From Owenia fusiformis (taxonomy: Eukaryota), in NCBI GenBank assembly GCA_903813345.2, contig CAIIXF020000001.1, forward strand, positions 1 to 64,000: a stretch of DNA of 64,000 nt, read 5' to 3'. The first letter of the stretch is position 1, and each line of letters opens with the position of its first letter. A program made the translations under genes and the position numbers. The notes under the pieces were generated by a model that was not told the DNA's origin, made no database searches, and saw nothing but the letters and a program-made list of their open reading frames with translations. Shown piece by piece: positions 48,593-61,749 of the stretch.

Positions 48593-49213
48593 ATATATAT
48601 ATTTCAAATTATATTGTTACCATTCAAAAGATGACCATTACATTGACAATGTGTTAAATATTTAGATTTTTTTAATGACTGGTTTAAGAGAAACGTGTGT
48701 TTAAAAAGTTCTCCATATCGATACCACTCCTTTACCAATTTCTTTGACTTAGCATTGAACTCATAATATTGTGAGCAACTAGGTTTTGAAATTTTGTCAT
48801 TTTGCGAATCAATTGAAATGCTTGAAGCGATAAAACAAGCGCAATCAGTGAAACTGTAATTTGTTTCTCCAATACATATCGATTGGTATAGTAAGTTTAA
48901 ATACCTTGGTGAAAAGCTTGAAACTAGAAGCATTTGTGTTCTCTTTTTTTAATATGTTTCGCTGTATCTCCCAAAATTGGTCATGCCATTGAAATGCTTG
49001 AAATGGTGAAACAAGAGAAAGCAATTGTATCTATTGAAACGCTTGAAATGTCACCACCTAGTTGCTAACAATATTATTAGTTCAATTTTAAGTCAGATTT
49101 GAATTTCTGAGAACTAATTCATGATTTTGGAAAAAATGGTCAATTTGAAGCAAGTTGAGAAAATACCTTTTTGGCCCTGAGAAGGTCTATGAAGGTGGAA
49201 TCTATTTTGACTT

Positions 49214-49599
49214 TGAGAATGTCAGTGAAGGTCAAATCTATAGTATACTTTTGAGAATGTCATTAAAGGTCAAATCTATAGTATACTTTTGAGAATGTCA
49301 TTGAAGGTCAAATCTATAGTATACTTTTGAGAATGTCATTAAAGGTCAAATCTATAGTATACTTTTGAGAATGTCATTAAAGGTCAAATCTATAGTATAC
49401 TTTTGAGAATGTCATTAAAGGTCAAATCTATAGTATACTTTTGAGAATGTCATTGAAGGTCAAATCTATAGTATACTTTTGAGAATGTCATTGAAGGTCA
49501 AATCTATAGTATACTTTTGAGAATGTCATTAAAGGTCAAATCTATAGTATACTTTTGAGAATGTCATTGAAGGTCAAATCTATAGTATACTTTTGAGAA
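49214..49599. repeat. 38-bp minisatellite, ~10 copies
   Basis: Unit GAGAATGTCATT(A/G)AAGGTCAAATCTATAGTATACTTTT. Confidence 0.93.
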
Positions 49600-51574
49600 C
49601 TTCTAGATGATTGATTATATTCATGGTCTGTAATCAAGTTACAGCCCTAATACAGAATCATCTAAGCTCATCAAGAATTGACAATTTTATACAAGTACTC
49701 ACACAAGTACCCATATGTATTGTTTGAGTTATTTTTATAATACATGTAGTTCTTATGAAGTGTTGTTTGGTTTGTCCTACATGCTGACAATACTTGATTT
49801 GAAATTACCTTGTAGTTATAAATTCAACATTTGAGATCAGATCAAAGACACAAACCACATGAGAATTCACAGGGCAACATGTATTGAAACTAACTTCTTT
49901 TTGAACACTTACATATGCATACTTCAATAAGCAGTTTTACTAGGTCTGTGTCACCTGGTGACGGGTTTTACTGTACTCAATCATATGAAATGTGATTTTG
50001 AAAAAAGTTTATCTCAAGGGGAAAATATTACCTAAATAATATAGAAACATAAAACGTTAAATAACTTCAATCTGAAGAGCTACACTGAAGCTATTTCTAT
50101 TCAAGTTTAGACAAACCTTCAACACTCTCTTGTATGTTATCTGTACAGAGGAAGCCACTTTGTCGTGAAACAGCTTTCATCTTTGTACCTCACCGAGGCT
50201 GTCTAAGCTAGAATTTCATCTTCTAAATTCCCCAGCAATCATAAAATCCACATAAAAACCAATAGCTTCTAATAAAAGTCTAATAATATAACACAACCTT
50301 GGAATACAATTTAATTTACTTTTCTTGTAAATGAGATAATAAATATATTTACAGCTTTATTCAGTATGATTATTGATATTGCTCTGGGTAAACCCCTTTT
50401 AGTGGTTTTTGTTCAACACATCTGATGTCTGTTGTGATTAATACCAGCTAATGTTCAAGATGAAAAAATAATTTATCTATGCTTGATTTTCAAAAGTTTT
50501 GTCACTTTCTTGGATGTATGTTTTTCTCAGCATGATTCTTTTGAACTGGGATTCTGTGTATAGATCCCCTTGCAAATGTGAACCCATTGTACTCTTGTTT
50601 AGCAATTATTGTTGCGATTATTCTATCTTAAATATAGCGCACAGTTGCTGTATTCAATGAACTGTTTTTTGATGTTCAATATCATCCCAAGCTCATTGGA
50701 TGTAATCATTTCATATTTACAAAGTGGATGCAATCCATTCATATTAACTTAGTGGATGTAATCCATTCATATTAACAAAGTGAATACTGTATTGTACTTT
50801 TGTACTTGACCCCAAGGGGTGTGAATGTACTTAAAGAATAAATAAATATATCAGTTGTCCAGCTAGTAAAATCAGTGCCGTAGCCAGGATTTGACAGGAG
50901 GGGGCAACATTTTTTTGAAGCCACCTAACGGTGAATTTGATGAAAACGTTTTCAAATTTGCTTAATCTCTGCATAATTTGATTAAATGTTGGCAAGTTTG
51001 CTTAAACTTTGCCAAATTTGCTTAAATTTTGCCAAATTTGCTTAATTTTGGTCTATTTTACTAATTTTTGCCAGTTTGCTGGAATTTAAATTTTTACCTT
51101 TGCCTTAAACAATTGCAAGAGCAAAATCATAAGACAAGTGAAATATTCCAATTTTTGACCAATTTCGTTCATTTGGAACTTTTTTCAACAAAGGCCTGTT
51201 AAAATCCCTTTAAATTTTATGTTTTTACCACTTTCTGGATAGGTCAGAAAAATAAATCCAAAATAAATAGCTCAAGGACTTTATCAGACATAGACTCCCC
51301 CAATTTAATTCAAGCATAGGTCTTGTAATTCATTTAGTATTTTCCATTACTTGCACGATGTGCTCTTCAAAATAAATATAAATAGAAGGCAAAAAATTTG
51401 GCAAAAGCGTGAGTTCCAATGAAAGAAAACAATTTTGAAAGTGACTCCTGACCAAAAATAGAGTTTTTTAGCATTCAGAACGTTGGTGCATCACATGCAT
51501 TGCATCACTGAACTTTCACATGTTCAAAATTCTCTGATTTATGTCATGAATTAGGGACCATTTTGACGTTTGAT

Positions 51575-51918
51575 TACAAAACCACAAAGGTACATATTTG
51601 TAATATACAGGGTGGGCAGTGTAATAACAAAACCACAAAGGTACATATTTGTAATATACAGGGTGGTTAGTGAAATGATTGATAACAAAACCACAAAGGT
51701 ACATATTTGTAATATACAGGGTGGGCAGTGATATGATTGATAACAAAACCACAAAGGTACACATTTGTTTGTAATACTCAGGGTGGGCAGTGATATGTGT
51801 GATAACAAAACCACAAAGGTACATATTTGTTTCTAATATACAGGGTATTCAGTGATATGTGTGATAACAAAACCACAAAGGTACACATTTTTTGTAATAT
51901 TCAGGGTGGGCAGTGATA
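51575..51918. repeat. ~53-62-bp minisatellite, 6 copies, at the duplication junction
   Basis: Unit ACAAAACCACAAAGGTACATATTTGTAATATACAGGGTGGGCAGTG(ATATG..GATA). Confidence 0.88.
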
Positions 51919-54789
51919 TGCGGGTTTTCAGGTGAACCGTTTGGTGGATCAATTTCAAATTTTCAGGGATGATTCTAAGTATAAAAATCTAGATCTCATT
52001 AGTTTTTTGGCATTCTGGGTAAATGTCAAGGCAGCCATTTTGGATTTTCCGTCCTAAAATCTTGTCTGTAAAGTCTTGTCTACGCGTTTTCAGGTGAACT
52101 GTTTGGTAGATCAATTTCAAATTTTCAGGGATGATTCTTAGTATGAAAATCTAGAACTGATTAGTTTTTTGGCATTCTGGGTAAATGTCAAGGCAGCCAT
52201 TTTGGATTTTCCGTCCTAAAATCTTGTCTGTAAAGTCTTGTCTACGCATTTCCAGGTGAACCATTCGTGTAGATCAATTTCAAATTTTCAGGGATGATTC
52301 TTAGAATAAAAATCTAGATCTGATTAGTTTTTTGGCATTCTGGATAAATGTCAAGGCAGCCATTTTGGATTTTCTGTCTTAAAATCTTGCCTGTAAAGTC
52401 TTGTTTATGTGTTTTTAGGTGAACCGTTTGGTAGATCAATTTCAGATTTTCAGGGATGATTCTTAGTTTGAACATCTACATCTGATTAGTTTTTTTGCAT
52501 TCTGCATAAATGTTAAGGCAGCCATTTTGGATTTTCTGTCCTAAAATCTTGTCTGTAAAGTCTTGTCTACCCGTTTTCAGGTGAACCGTTCGCTAGATCA
52601 ATTTCATGTTTTCAGGGATGATTCTTAGTATAAAAATCTAGATACAGATTAGTTTTTCGACATTCTGGGTAAATGTCAAGGCAGCCATTTTGGATTTTCC
52701 ATCTTGAAATTTTGTCTGTGAAGTCTTGTATACATGTTTTCTGGTTAATTGTGTGACGGATCAATTTCAAATTTTCAGGGATGGTTCTTAGTATTAAAAT
52801 CTAGAACTGACTAAATTTTTGGCATTCTGGGTAAATTTTAAGGTGGCCATTTTGGATTTCCGTTCTCAAATTGTGTTGGAAAAGTCTTGTCTACTCATTT
52901 ACAGGATAACCATTTGACAGGATCACCCATTGGTGGGGACATTTTGTACACATTTGTGTTCTTGTATTTCATTAACAAGATACTTTTTTAAAATCAACCA
53001 AAATTTCCTTTGTACAATTACAATATTGAGAGACCTAAACATGTTGTGTTTATGTCATTTTGTTCAATGAGGTTCGGAAAGATTCATTTCACTCTGGAAA
53101 CATGATACCAAGAACAAAACAAGTGTTTGATATGTTTTCTAAAACAATATAGATGAAAGTATATATAGAGATTATCCTATATGAGGTTCAGGATATTTGG
53201 ATTATCCCGAGGCCAATATAATATATCTGCACGAGGGCCGTAGGTCCTGAGGGTAGATATATTATATTGGCCAAGGGATAATCCCCATATCCTGAACCGA
53301 CTATAGGATGATCTGTTTATCCCATACCAATCACATTGTCCAATTGGCCACAGTTCAGAGACTTTGTAACCAACCTTGGAATTATTTTAAAATATTCATG
53401 TCCAGTTTTGTATTCTTATCCGTAGTTGGATTTTCCTGTTCAAATATTTGAATATTAACGGGGCATACCGCTTCTTCCCTTCTTAAAAGCATCAAACAGA
53501 TCGCGATTGTCTGCGTTTTTCTCCATTGTCGTTTACAATATGCGAACGTTACAACAACGAACCAATAGGGGAACAGCGATTATGACGTAGTGGGCAGATA
53601 TACTATATCTGCCCGCTCGGAGCGGGACGTAAAGCTATATCTGCCCGCTGATGAAAATATAAGGTTTTACAAACCGGCTTTATGTACCCATTACATTGAC
53701 AATGTGTTAAATTTTTAGATTTTTTTTATGACTGGTTTAAGAGAAACGTGTGTTCAAAAAGTTCTCTATATCGATACCACTCCTTTACCAATTTCTTTGA
53801 CTTAACATTGAACTCATAATATTGTGAGCAACTAGGTTTTGAAATTTTGTCATTTTGCGAATCAATTGAAATGCTTGAAGCGATAAAACAAGCGCAATCA
53901 GTGAAACTGTAATTTGTTTCTCCAATACATATCGATTGGTATAGTAAGTTTAAATACCTTGGTGGAAAGCTTGAAACTAGAAGCATTTGTGTTCTCTTTT
54001 TTTTTAATATGTTTCGCTATATCTCCCAAAATTGGTCATGCCATTGAAATGCTTGAAATGGTGAAACAAGAGAAAGCGAAGGTGTATCTATTGAAACGCT
54101 TGAAATGTCACCACCTAGTTGCTAACAATATTATTAGTTCAATCTTAAGTCAGATTTGAATTTCTGAGAACTTGTACATGATTTTGGAAAAATCAATATG
54201 AAGCAATTTGAGAAAATACCTTTTTGGCCCTGAGAAGGTCAGTGAAGGTCAAATCTATAGTATACTTTTGAGAATGTCATTAAAGGTCAAATCTATAGTA
54301 TACTTTTTTACCTCGATAGCGCATGCGCGAATTTTTTCGCTTTCAATCAGGTCGCTTTTGAGTATATCGACTGCTTAGTGAAAAGGTTAATACGTTTGGT
54401 GCTCGGAGTGAGTCAATATTGCTATTCGCTGAACTTCAGTGGTGCAATAGTGAAGTCCATGTTCCAAGTTATATGATAGTTGAAGAAATAATGTAAAAAT
54501 ATCGTTTTAAATTTTAAAATATTTGATATGTCATAGTACACGGTACACAGCTGCAAAAGTTGATCAATACAGGGTACAAGGAATGTAAATTGTTCAATAG
54601 TACAGGGAGCGAGAAAGTAAGCTGATTATACAGACATACTATGTCCCGATCTCATGTATATTTACGTTGCAAACAGTGAAAATAATACTAAAAAGGCTAT
54701 GATCTTCATATAAAAAACTACTCATCTATCGATAATGTATAATACCAATATCATACTATACTGTTGATTTTATACTGGTACCCGATTTT

Positions 54790-55010
54790 TTGTAACATTT
54801 TTACATTGTACATCCTTAGATTAATTGTTAATACCATTTTTATATACCTACATGTAACATAATATAAGTGTTTTCTTTTATATGTAGTCTAGTTGTCATT
54901 TTAATGATTTCTGTTAAACCGCAACATATACCCACTAGGGTGTCTAGCGGCTTGTTTTTATAGTGTATATTATATAAGAATTATGAAATAAATAATTGAA
55001 TTGAATTGAA
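54790..55010 (+). mobile_element. 3' UTR remnant of an L2-clade LINE
   Basis: Ends AATAAATAATTGAATTGAATTGAA, the same tail type as the LINE at 61770. Confidence 0.45.
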
Positions 55011-56799
55011 GGCCGCCTGTTGATGCTTTGAGGTGTCATCAATTGTTATTTAATCCAAATAAAGTAAACATTATTTAGTAGATTTAGACACGGGCTTTCA
55101 GGTCGCAAATGCATTTTAGTCATTAAATTAACAAGAACGCTAGATTATACGTGTTACTAGGGTATCAAATTGAAATAAAATAACGAAATTAAATATAAAC
55201 ACGTAAGTGATAAATGACTATTGGTTATCAGGATTAATGACTATCCGCTATTCAGAATAATTAAAATTGCGTGAACTACATGTAAAGAATCTTTCTATAT
55301 AACCCCTTGAATCATTTGATCATTTAAAATAGTTTGTTCAAAATACCATCATGCCACGACATTTTGTTCTTCACGATTTGCTGTAGAGGTGATATGACGT
55401 CGTATTTCTCTATTATTGTAAAAAAAACTAATACCAGATCGATGTAGTCTTATATGACGTGTTGAATGTCAGATGTTTTTGGATGGTATCTGCTCCAGTG
55501 ATTTTGCATTTAATCATGAAACGCTAATCACAAGACACCTCGAAACAAACATTATCCTCCTTGTGACAGGAGGAAAAATGTTTCACAATATGTTATGCCT
55601 TACGGCAAAGTAAAGATACATTTCTGGGACGACTATTTTGCATCTTAAGATTTTAGAAAAACAATCAATTCACAAAAGTACAGTTGAATAACATACTGGA
55701 AAACGTAACCACATATAACACGATGACAAGCAGTTTAAATAACAGTTTACTGGGGTTTTGTTACATATCAATGTAACATTTTCGAAGGGAAACTTACATG
55801 CTCCCTGTACGTTGACAGATTTACTGAAATGTATCGTGTATTGCATTAAGTTTTGCTTCACTGCGCCCACTATTATCTATCTTTGCCTATAGTGTTTTTT
55901 TGCCAACAATATTCTACAAACTGCTTGATGAATCAATTCTATGTCTGGTAGAACACTAAAAATAAATGTAAAATGTATTTTACGTTCAGAAATATGGAAT
56001 TAAACCCACGTCCTCCATTTGCAACTTAGCTGTACCCTGTTTCCCTTTTAAACGTGGTCACGTGGTAGGGTAGTGTGATCATATGAAATGTGATTTTGAA
56101 AAAAGTTTATCTCAAGGTGAGTTGAACACCTAAATAATATAGAAACATAAAACGTTAAATAACTTCAATCTGAAGTGCTACACTGAAGCTATTTCTATTC
56201 AAGTTTAGACAAACCTTCAACACTCTCTTGTATGTTATCTGTACAGAGGAAGCCACTTTGTCGTGAAACAGCTTTCATCTTTGTACCTCACCGAGGCTGT
56301 CTCAGCTAGAATTTCATCTTCTAAATTCACCAGCAATCATAAAATCCACATAAAAACCAATAGCTTCTAATAAAAGTCTAATAATATAACAAAACCTTGG
56401 AATACAATTTAATTTACTTTTCTTGTAAATGAGATAATAAATATATTTACAGCTTTATTCAGTATGATTATTGATATTGCTCTGGGTAAACCCCTTTTAG
56501 TGGTTTTTGTTCAACACATCTGATGTCTGTTGTGATTAATACCAGCTAATGTTCAAGATGGAGAAATAATTTATCTATGCTTGATTTTCAAAAGTTTTGT
56601 CACTTTCTTGGATGTATGTTTTTCTCAGCATGATTCTTTTGAACTGGGATTCTGTGTATAGATCCCCTTGCAAATGTGAACCCATTGTGCTCTTGTTTAG
56701 CAATTATTGTTGCGATTATTCTATCTTAAATATAGCGCACAGTTGCTGTATTCAATGAACTGTTTTTTGATGTTCAATATCATCCCAAGCTCATACTAC

Positions 56800-59700
56800 A
56801 GTGGATGTAATCATTTCATATTTACAAAGTGGATGCAATCCATTCTATTAACTTAGTGGATGTAATCCATTCATATTAACAAAGTGAATGCAATCTGTTC
56901 ATATTAACAAAGTGGATGCAATCCATTCATATTAACAAGGTGGATGTAATCCATTCATATTGACAAAGTGAATGCAATCTGTTCATATTAACAAAGTGGA
57001 TGCAATCCATTCATATTAACAAAGTGGATGCATCCATATTAACAAAGTGGATGTAATCCATTGATATTAACAAAGTGGATACAATTCATCCATATTAATA
57101 AAGTGGATGTAATCCATTCATATTAACAAAGTCGATGTAATCCATTCATATTAACAAAGTGGATGCAATCCATTCATATTAACAAAGTGGATGTAATCCT
57201 TTCATATTTACAAAGTGGATCAATGTAATCCATTGATATTAACAAAGTGGATGCAATCCATTCATATTAACAAAGTGGACACAATCCAGTCATATTAACA
57301 AAGTGGACGCAACCCAGTCATATTAACAAAGAGGATGCAATCCAGTCATATTAACAAAGTGGATGTAATCTATTTATATTAACAAAGTGGATGTAATCCA
57401 TTCATATTAACAAATCGGATGTAATCATTTCATATTTACAAAGTGGATGCAATATATTCATATTAACTTAGTGGATGTAATCCATTCATATTAACAAAGT
57501 GGATGCAATCTGTTCATATTAACAAAGTGGATGCAATCCATTTATATTAGCAAAGTGGATGCATCCATATTAACAAAGTGGATGCAATCCATTCATATTG
57601 ACAAAGTGGATGCAATCCATTCATATTAACAAAGTGGACATAATCCAGTCATATTAACAAAGTGGACGCAATCCAGTCATATTAACAAAGAGGATGCAAT
57701 CCAGTCATATTAACAAAGTGGATGTAATCTATTTATATTAACAAAGTAGATGTAATCCATTCATATTAACAAATTGGATGTAATCCTTTCATATTTACAA
57801 AGTGGATCAATGTAATCCATTGATATTAACAAAGTGGATGTAATTCATTCATATTAACAAAGTGGATGTAATCCATTCATATTAACAAAGTCGATGTAAT
57901 CCATTTATATTAACCAAGTGAATGCAATCCATTCATATTAACATAGTGGATGCAATCCATTCATATTAACATAGTGGATGCAATCCATTCATATTAACAA
58001 AGTGGATGCAATCCATTGATATTAACAAAGTGGATGCAATTCATTCATATTAACAAAGTGGATGTAATCCATTCGTATTAACAAAGTGGATGTAATCTAT
58101 TTATATTAACAAAGTGGATGAAATCAGGTCATATTAACAAAGTGGATGTAATCCATTCATATTAACAAAGTGGATGTAATCCATTCATATTAACAAAGTG
58201 AATGTAGTCAAGTCATATTAACAAAGTGGATGTAATCCATTCATATTAACAAAGTGGATGCAATCTATTCGAACAAAGTGAATGCTATCCAGTCATATTA
58301 ACAAAGTGGATGTAATCTATTCGAACAAAGTGGATGCAATCCATTCATATTAGCAAAGTGGATGTAATCCATTCATATTAACTGAGTGGATGCACTCCAT
58401 TCATATTAACAAAGTGGATGCAATCCAGTCATATTAACAAAGTGGATGCAATCCAGTCATATTAACAAAGTGAATGAAATCCATTCATATTAACAAACTG
58501 GTTGTAATCCAGTCATATTTACAAAGTGGATGTGATCTAGTCAAACAAAGTGGATGCAATCCATCCATATTTACAATGTGGATGCAATCCATTCATATTA
58601 ACAAAGTGGACGCAATCCAGTCATATTAACAAAGTGGATGCAATATATTCATATTAACAAAGTGGATGTAATCCATTCATATTAACAAAGTTAATGAAAT
58701 CCGTTCATATTAACAAACTGGATGTAATCCAGTCATATTAACAAAGTGGATGTGATCTAGTCGAACAAAGTGGATGCAATCCATCCATATTAACAATGTG
58801 GATGCAATCCATTCATATTAACAAAGTGGATGCAATCTATTCATATTAACAAAGTGGATGTTATCCTTTCATACTAACAAAGTGGATGTAATCCAGTCAT
58901 CGTAACAAAGTGGATGTGATCTTTTTGAACAAAGTGGATGCAATCCTTTCATATTCACAAAGTGGATGTAATCCAGTCATCGTAACAAAGTGGATGTGAT
59001 CTTTTTGAACAAAGTAAATGCAATCCATTCATATTAACAAAGTGGATGCAATCCATTTATATTAACAAAGTGGATACAATCCATTCGAACTAAATCAATG
59101 CAATCCCTTCATATTAACAAAGTGGATGTAATCCAGTTATATTAACAAAGTGGATATAATCCATTCATATTAACAAAGTGGATGTTATCCTTTCATATTA
59201 ACAAAGTGGATGTAATCCAGTCATCGTAACAAAGTGGATGTGATCTTTTTGAACAAAGTGGATGCAATCCTTTCATATTCACAAAGTGGATGTAATCCAG
59301 TCATCGTAACAAAGTGGATGTGATCTTTTTGAACAAAGTAAATGCAATCCATTCATATTAACAAAGTGGATGCAATCCATTTATATTAACAAAGTGGATA
59401 CAATCCATTCGAACTAAATCAATGCAATCCCTTCATATTAACAAAGTGGATGTAATCCAGTTATATTAACAAAGTGGATATAATCCATTCATATTAACAA
59501 AGTGGATGTTATCCTTTCATATTAACAAAGTGGATGTAATCCAGTCATCGTAACAAAGTGGATGTGATCTTTTTGAACAAAGTGGATGCAATCCTTTCAT
59601 ATTCACAAAGTGGATGTAATCCAGTCATCGTAACAAAGTGGATGTGATCTTTTTGAACAAAGTAAATGCAATCTATTCATATTAACAAAGTGGATGCAAT

Positions 59701-60634
59701 CCCTTCATATTAACAAAGTGGATGTAATCCAGTTATATTAACAAAGTGGATGTAATCCATTCATATTAACAAAGTGGATGTAATCCTTTCTTATTTACAA
59801 AGTGGATCAATGTAATCCATTGATATTAACAAAGTGGATACAATTCATCCATATTAATAAAGTGGATGTAATCCATTCATATTAACAAAGTCGATGTAAT
59901 CCATTTATATTAACCAAGTGAATGCAATCCATTCATATTAACATAGTGGATGCAATCCTTTCATATTAACAAGTTGATGCAATCCATTTATATTAACAAA
60001 CTAGATATGCAATCCATTCATATTAACAAAGTGGGTGCAATCCATTCATATTAACAAAGTGGATACAATATGTTCATTTTAACAAAATGGATGCAATCCA
60101 TTCATATTATCATAGTGGATGTAATCTATTCAAACAAAGTGGATGCAATCCAGTCATATTAACAATGCGGATGCAATCTATACATATTAACGAAATGGAT
60201 GCAATCCATTCATATTAACAAAGTAGATGTACTCTAATCGAAAAAAGTGGATGCAACCCATTCATATTAACAAAGTTGATGCAATCCGTTCATATTATCA
60301 AAGTGGATTTAATCCATTGGAACAAAGTGGATGCAATTTATTCATATCAACAAAGCGAATGAAGTCCATTCGAACAAAGTGGATGCAATCTATTCATATT
60401 AACAAAGTGGATGTAATCTATTCATATCAATAAAGTGAATGAAATCCATTCGAACAAAGTGGATTCAATCCATTCATATTAGCAAAGTGGATTCAATGTA
60501 TTTATATCAACAAAGTGGATGTAATCTATTCAAACAAAGTGGATGCAATCCAGTCATATTAACAAGGTGAATGTAATCCATTGAACAACAAAGTGGATTC
60601 AATTTTTTCATATTAACAAAATGGATGTAATCCA
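56800..60634. repeat. 28-bp satellite, ~135 copies
   Basis: Unit AACAAAGTGGATG(C/T)AATCCATTCATATT with internal dyad TGGA-N6-TCCA; higher-order block duplications near 58850-59700. Confidence 0.96.
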
Positions 60635-60719
60635 TGCATATAAACACAGCAGTAAATTATAGTATTTATTCTCAAACAATAACATTCTATATATCAGCAT
60701 TTTTTTAATTTTTTTATTA

Positions 60720-61727
60720 GCAGTAAGCCTCTTTGACCATATGATAGCACCAATATGTCTGTATGGTGCTGAAATATGGGCGCCATATGCTTTTAATAAT
60801 GTCTCAACTGACAACTTAGAAGATACGTACCTCAAGCAATTAAATATATCTTTTTGTAAACATATTCTAGGTGTTGGGAAAAGGGCAACTAACATGGCTA
60901 TTTATGGAGAACTTTGGAGGTATCCACTATTTATAAACATATTTGATAGAATTATATTCAGGACTCTGATAACCTGTTACTCAGTCAAGCATTTCACAAC
61001 ACAAAAAATCAGAATTCTATGTCATGGTATATGTTGTTCTTAAAATTGATTAAAATATTAATGAATACTGAAGAAATACTAGATATAACACCAGAAATAT
61101 TATCTGAATGCAAGCAAAGTCTAAGGAGCCGATTTCATGAATTCTGGAAGAATAAAATCTCTAATGATACACAAAAGCGAACGTGTAATAACAAATTAAG
61201 AATTTATAACACATTCAAAAGTAACTTTGCCTTTGAAAATTATTTAGATTATATAAAACGTTTTGACCTGCGTAGAGAGTTTACTAAACTTAGAATAAGT
61301 GCACATAATCTCCAAATTGAACTCGGTCGCTACACAAGACCAAAATGACACCTCTGGAGGAGAGAAAATGCGAAACATGCAATATTATAGAAAATGAAGA
61401 ACACTATCTCTTTCACTGTACGAAATATAATAAACAAAGAAGTATAATGTTGTCTAAAATGAAAATGCCAGTACAAGAAAATCCATTTATTTATTAGATG
61501 TCTGGTAAAGATCAAAACTGTATAAATGTAGCAAAATATATATTTACATCCAGTACCAATAGGTAATCTCTAGTGCACCAATGCATCATCATCATTAATA
61601 GTAATATTAATACTTATGTAGTTTTTTACATTTAAATGTCTTTTTTTCCTTCCTATATAATTGTTATAATTTTTGTTTGTACTTGACCCCAAGGGGTGTG
61701 AATGTACTTAAAGAATAAATAAATATA
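60720..61727 (+). pseudogene. 5'-truncated, frameshifted non-LTR retrotransposon ORF2 C-terminus (RTEX-like)
   Basis: YGAEIW...FCKHILGVGKRATNMAIYGEL..YPL and KLRISAHNLQIELGRY in different frames, ENEEHYLFHC zinc-knuckle remnant, (AATA)n tail. Confidence 0.8.
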
Positions 61728-61749
61728 TCAGTTGTCCAGCTAGTAAAAT

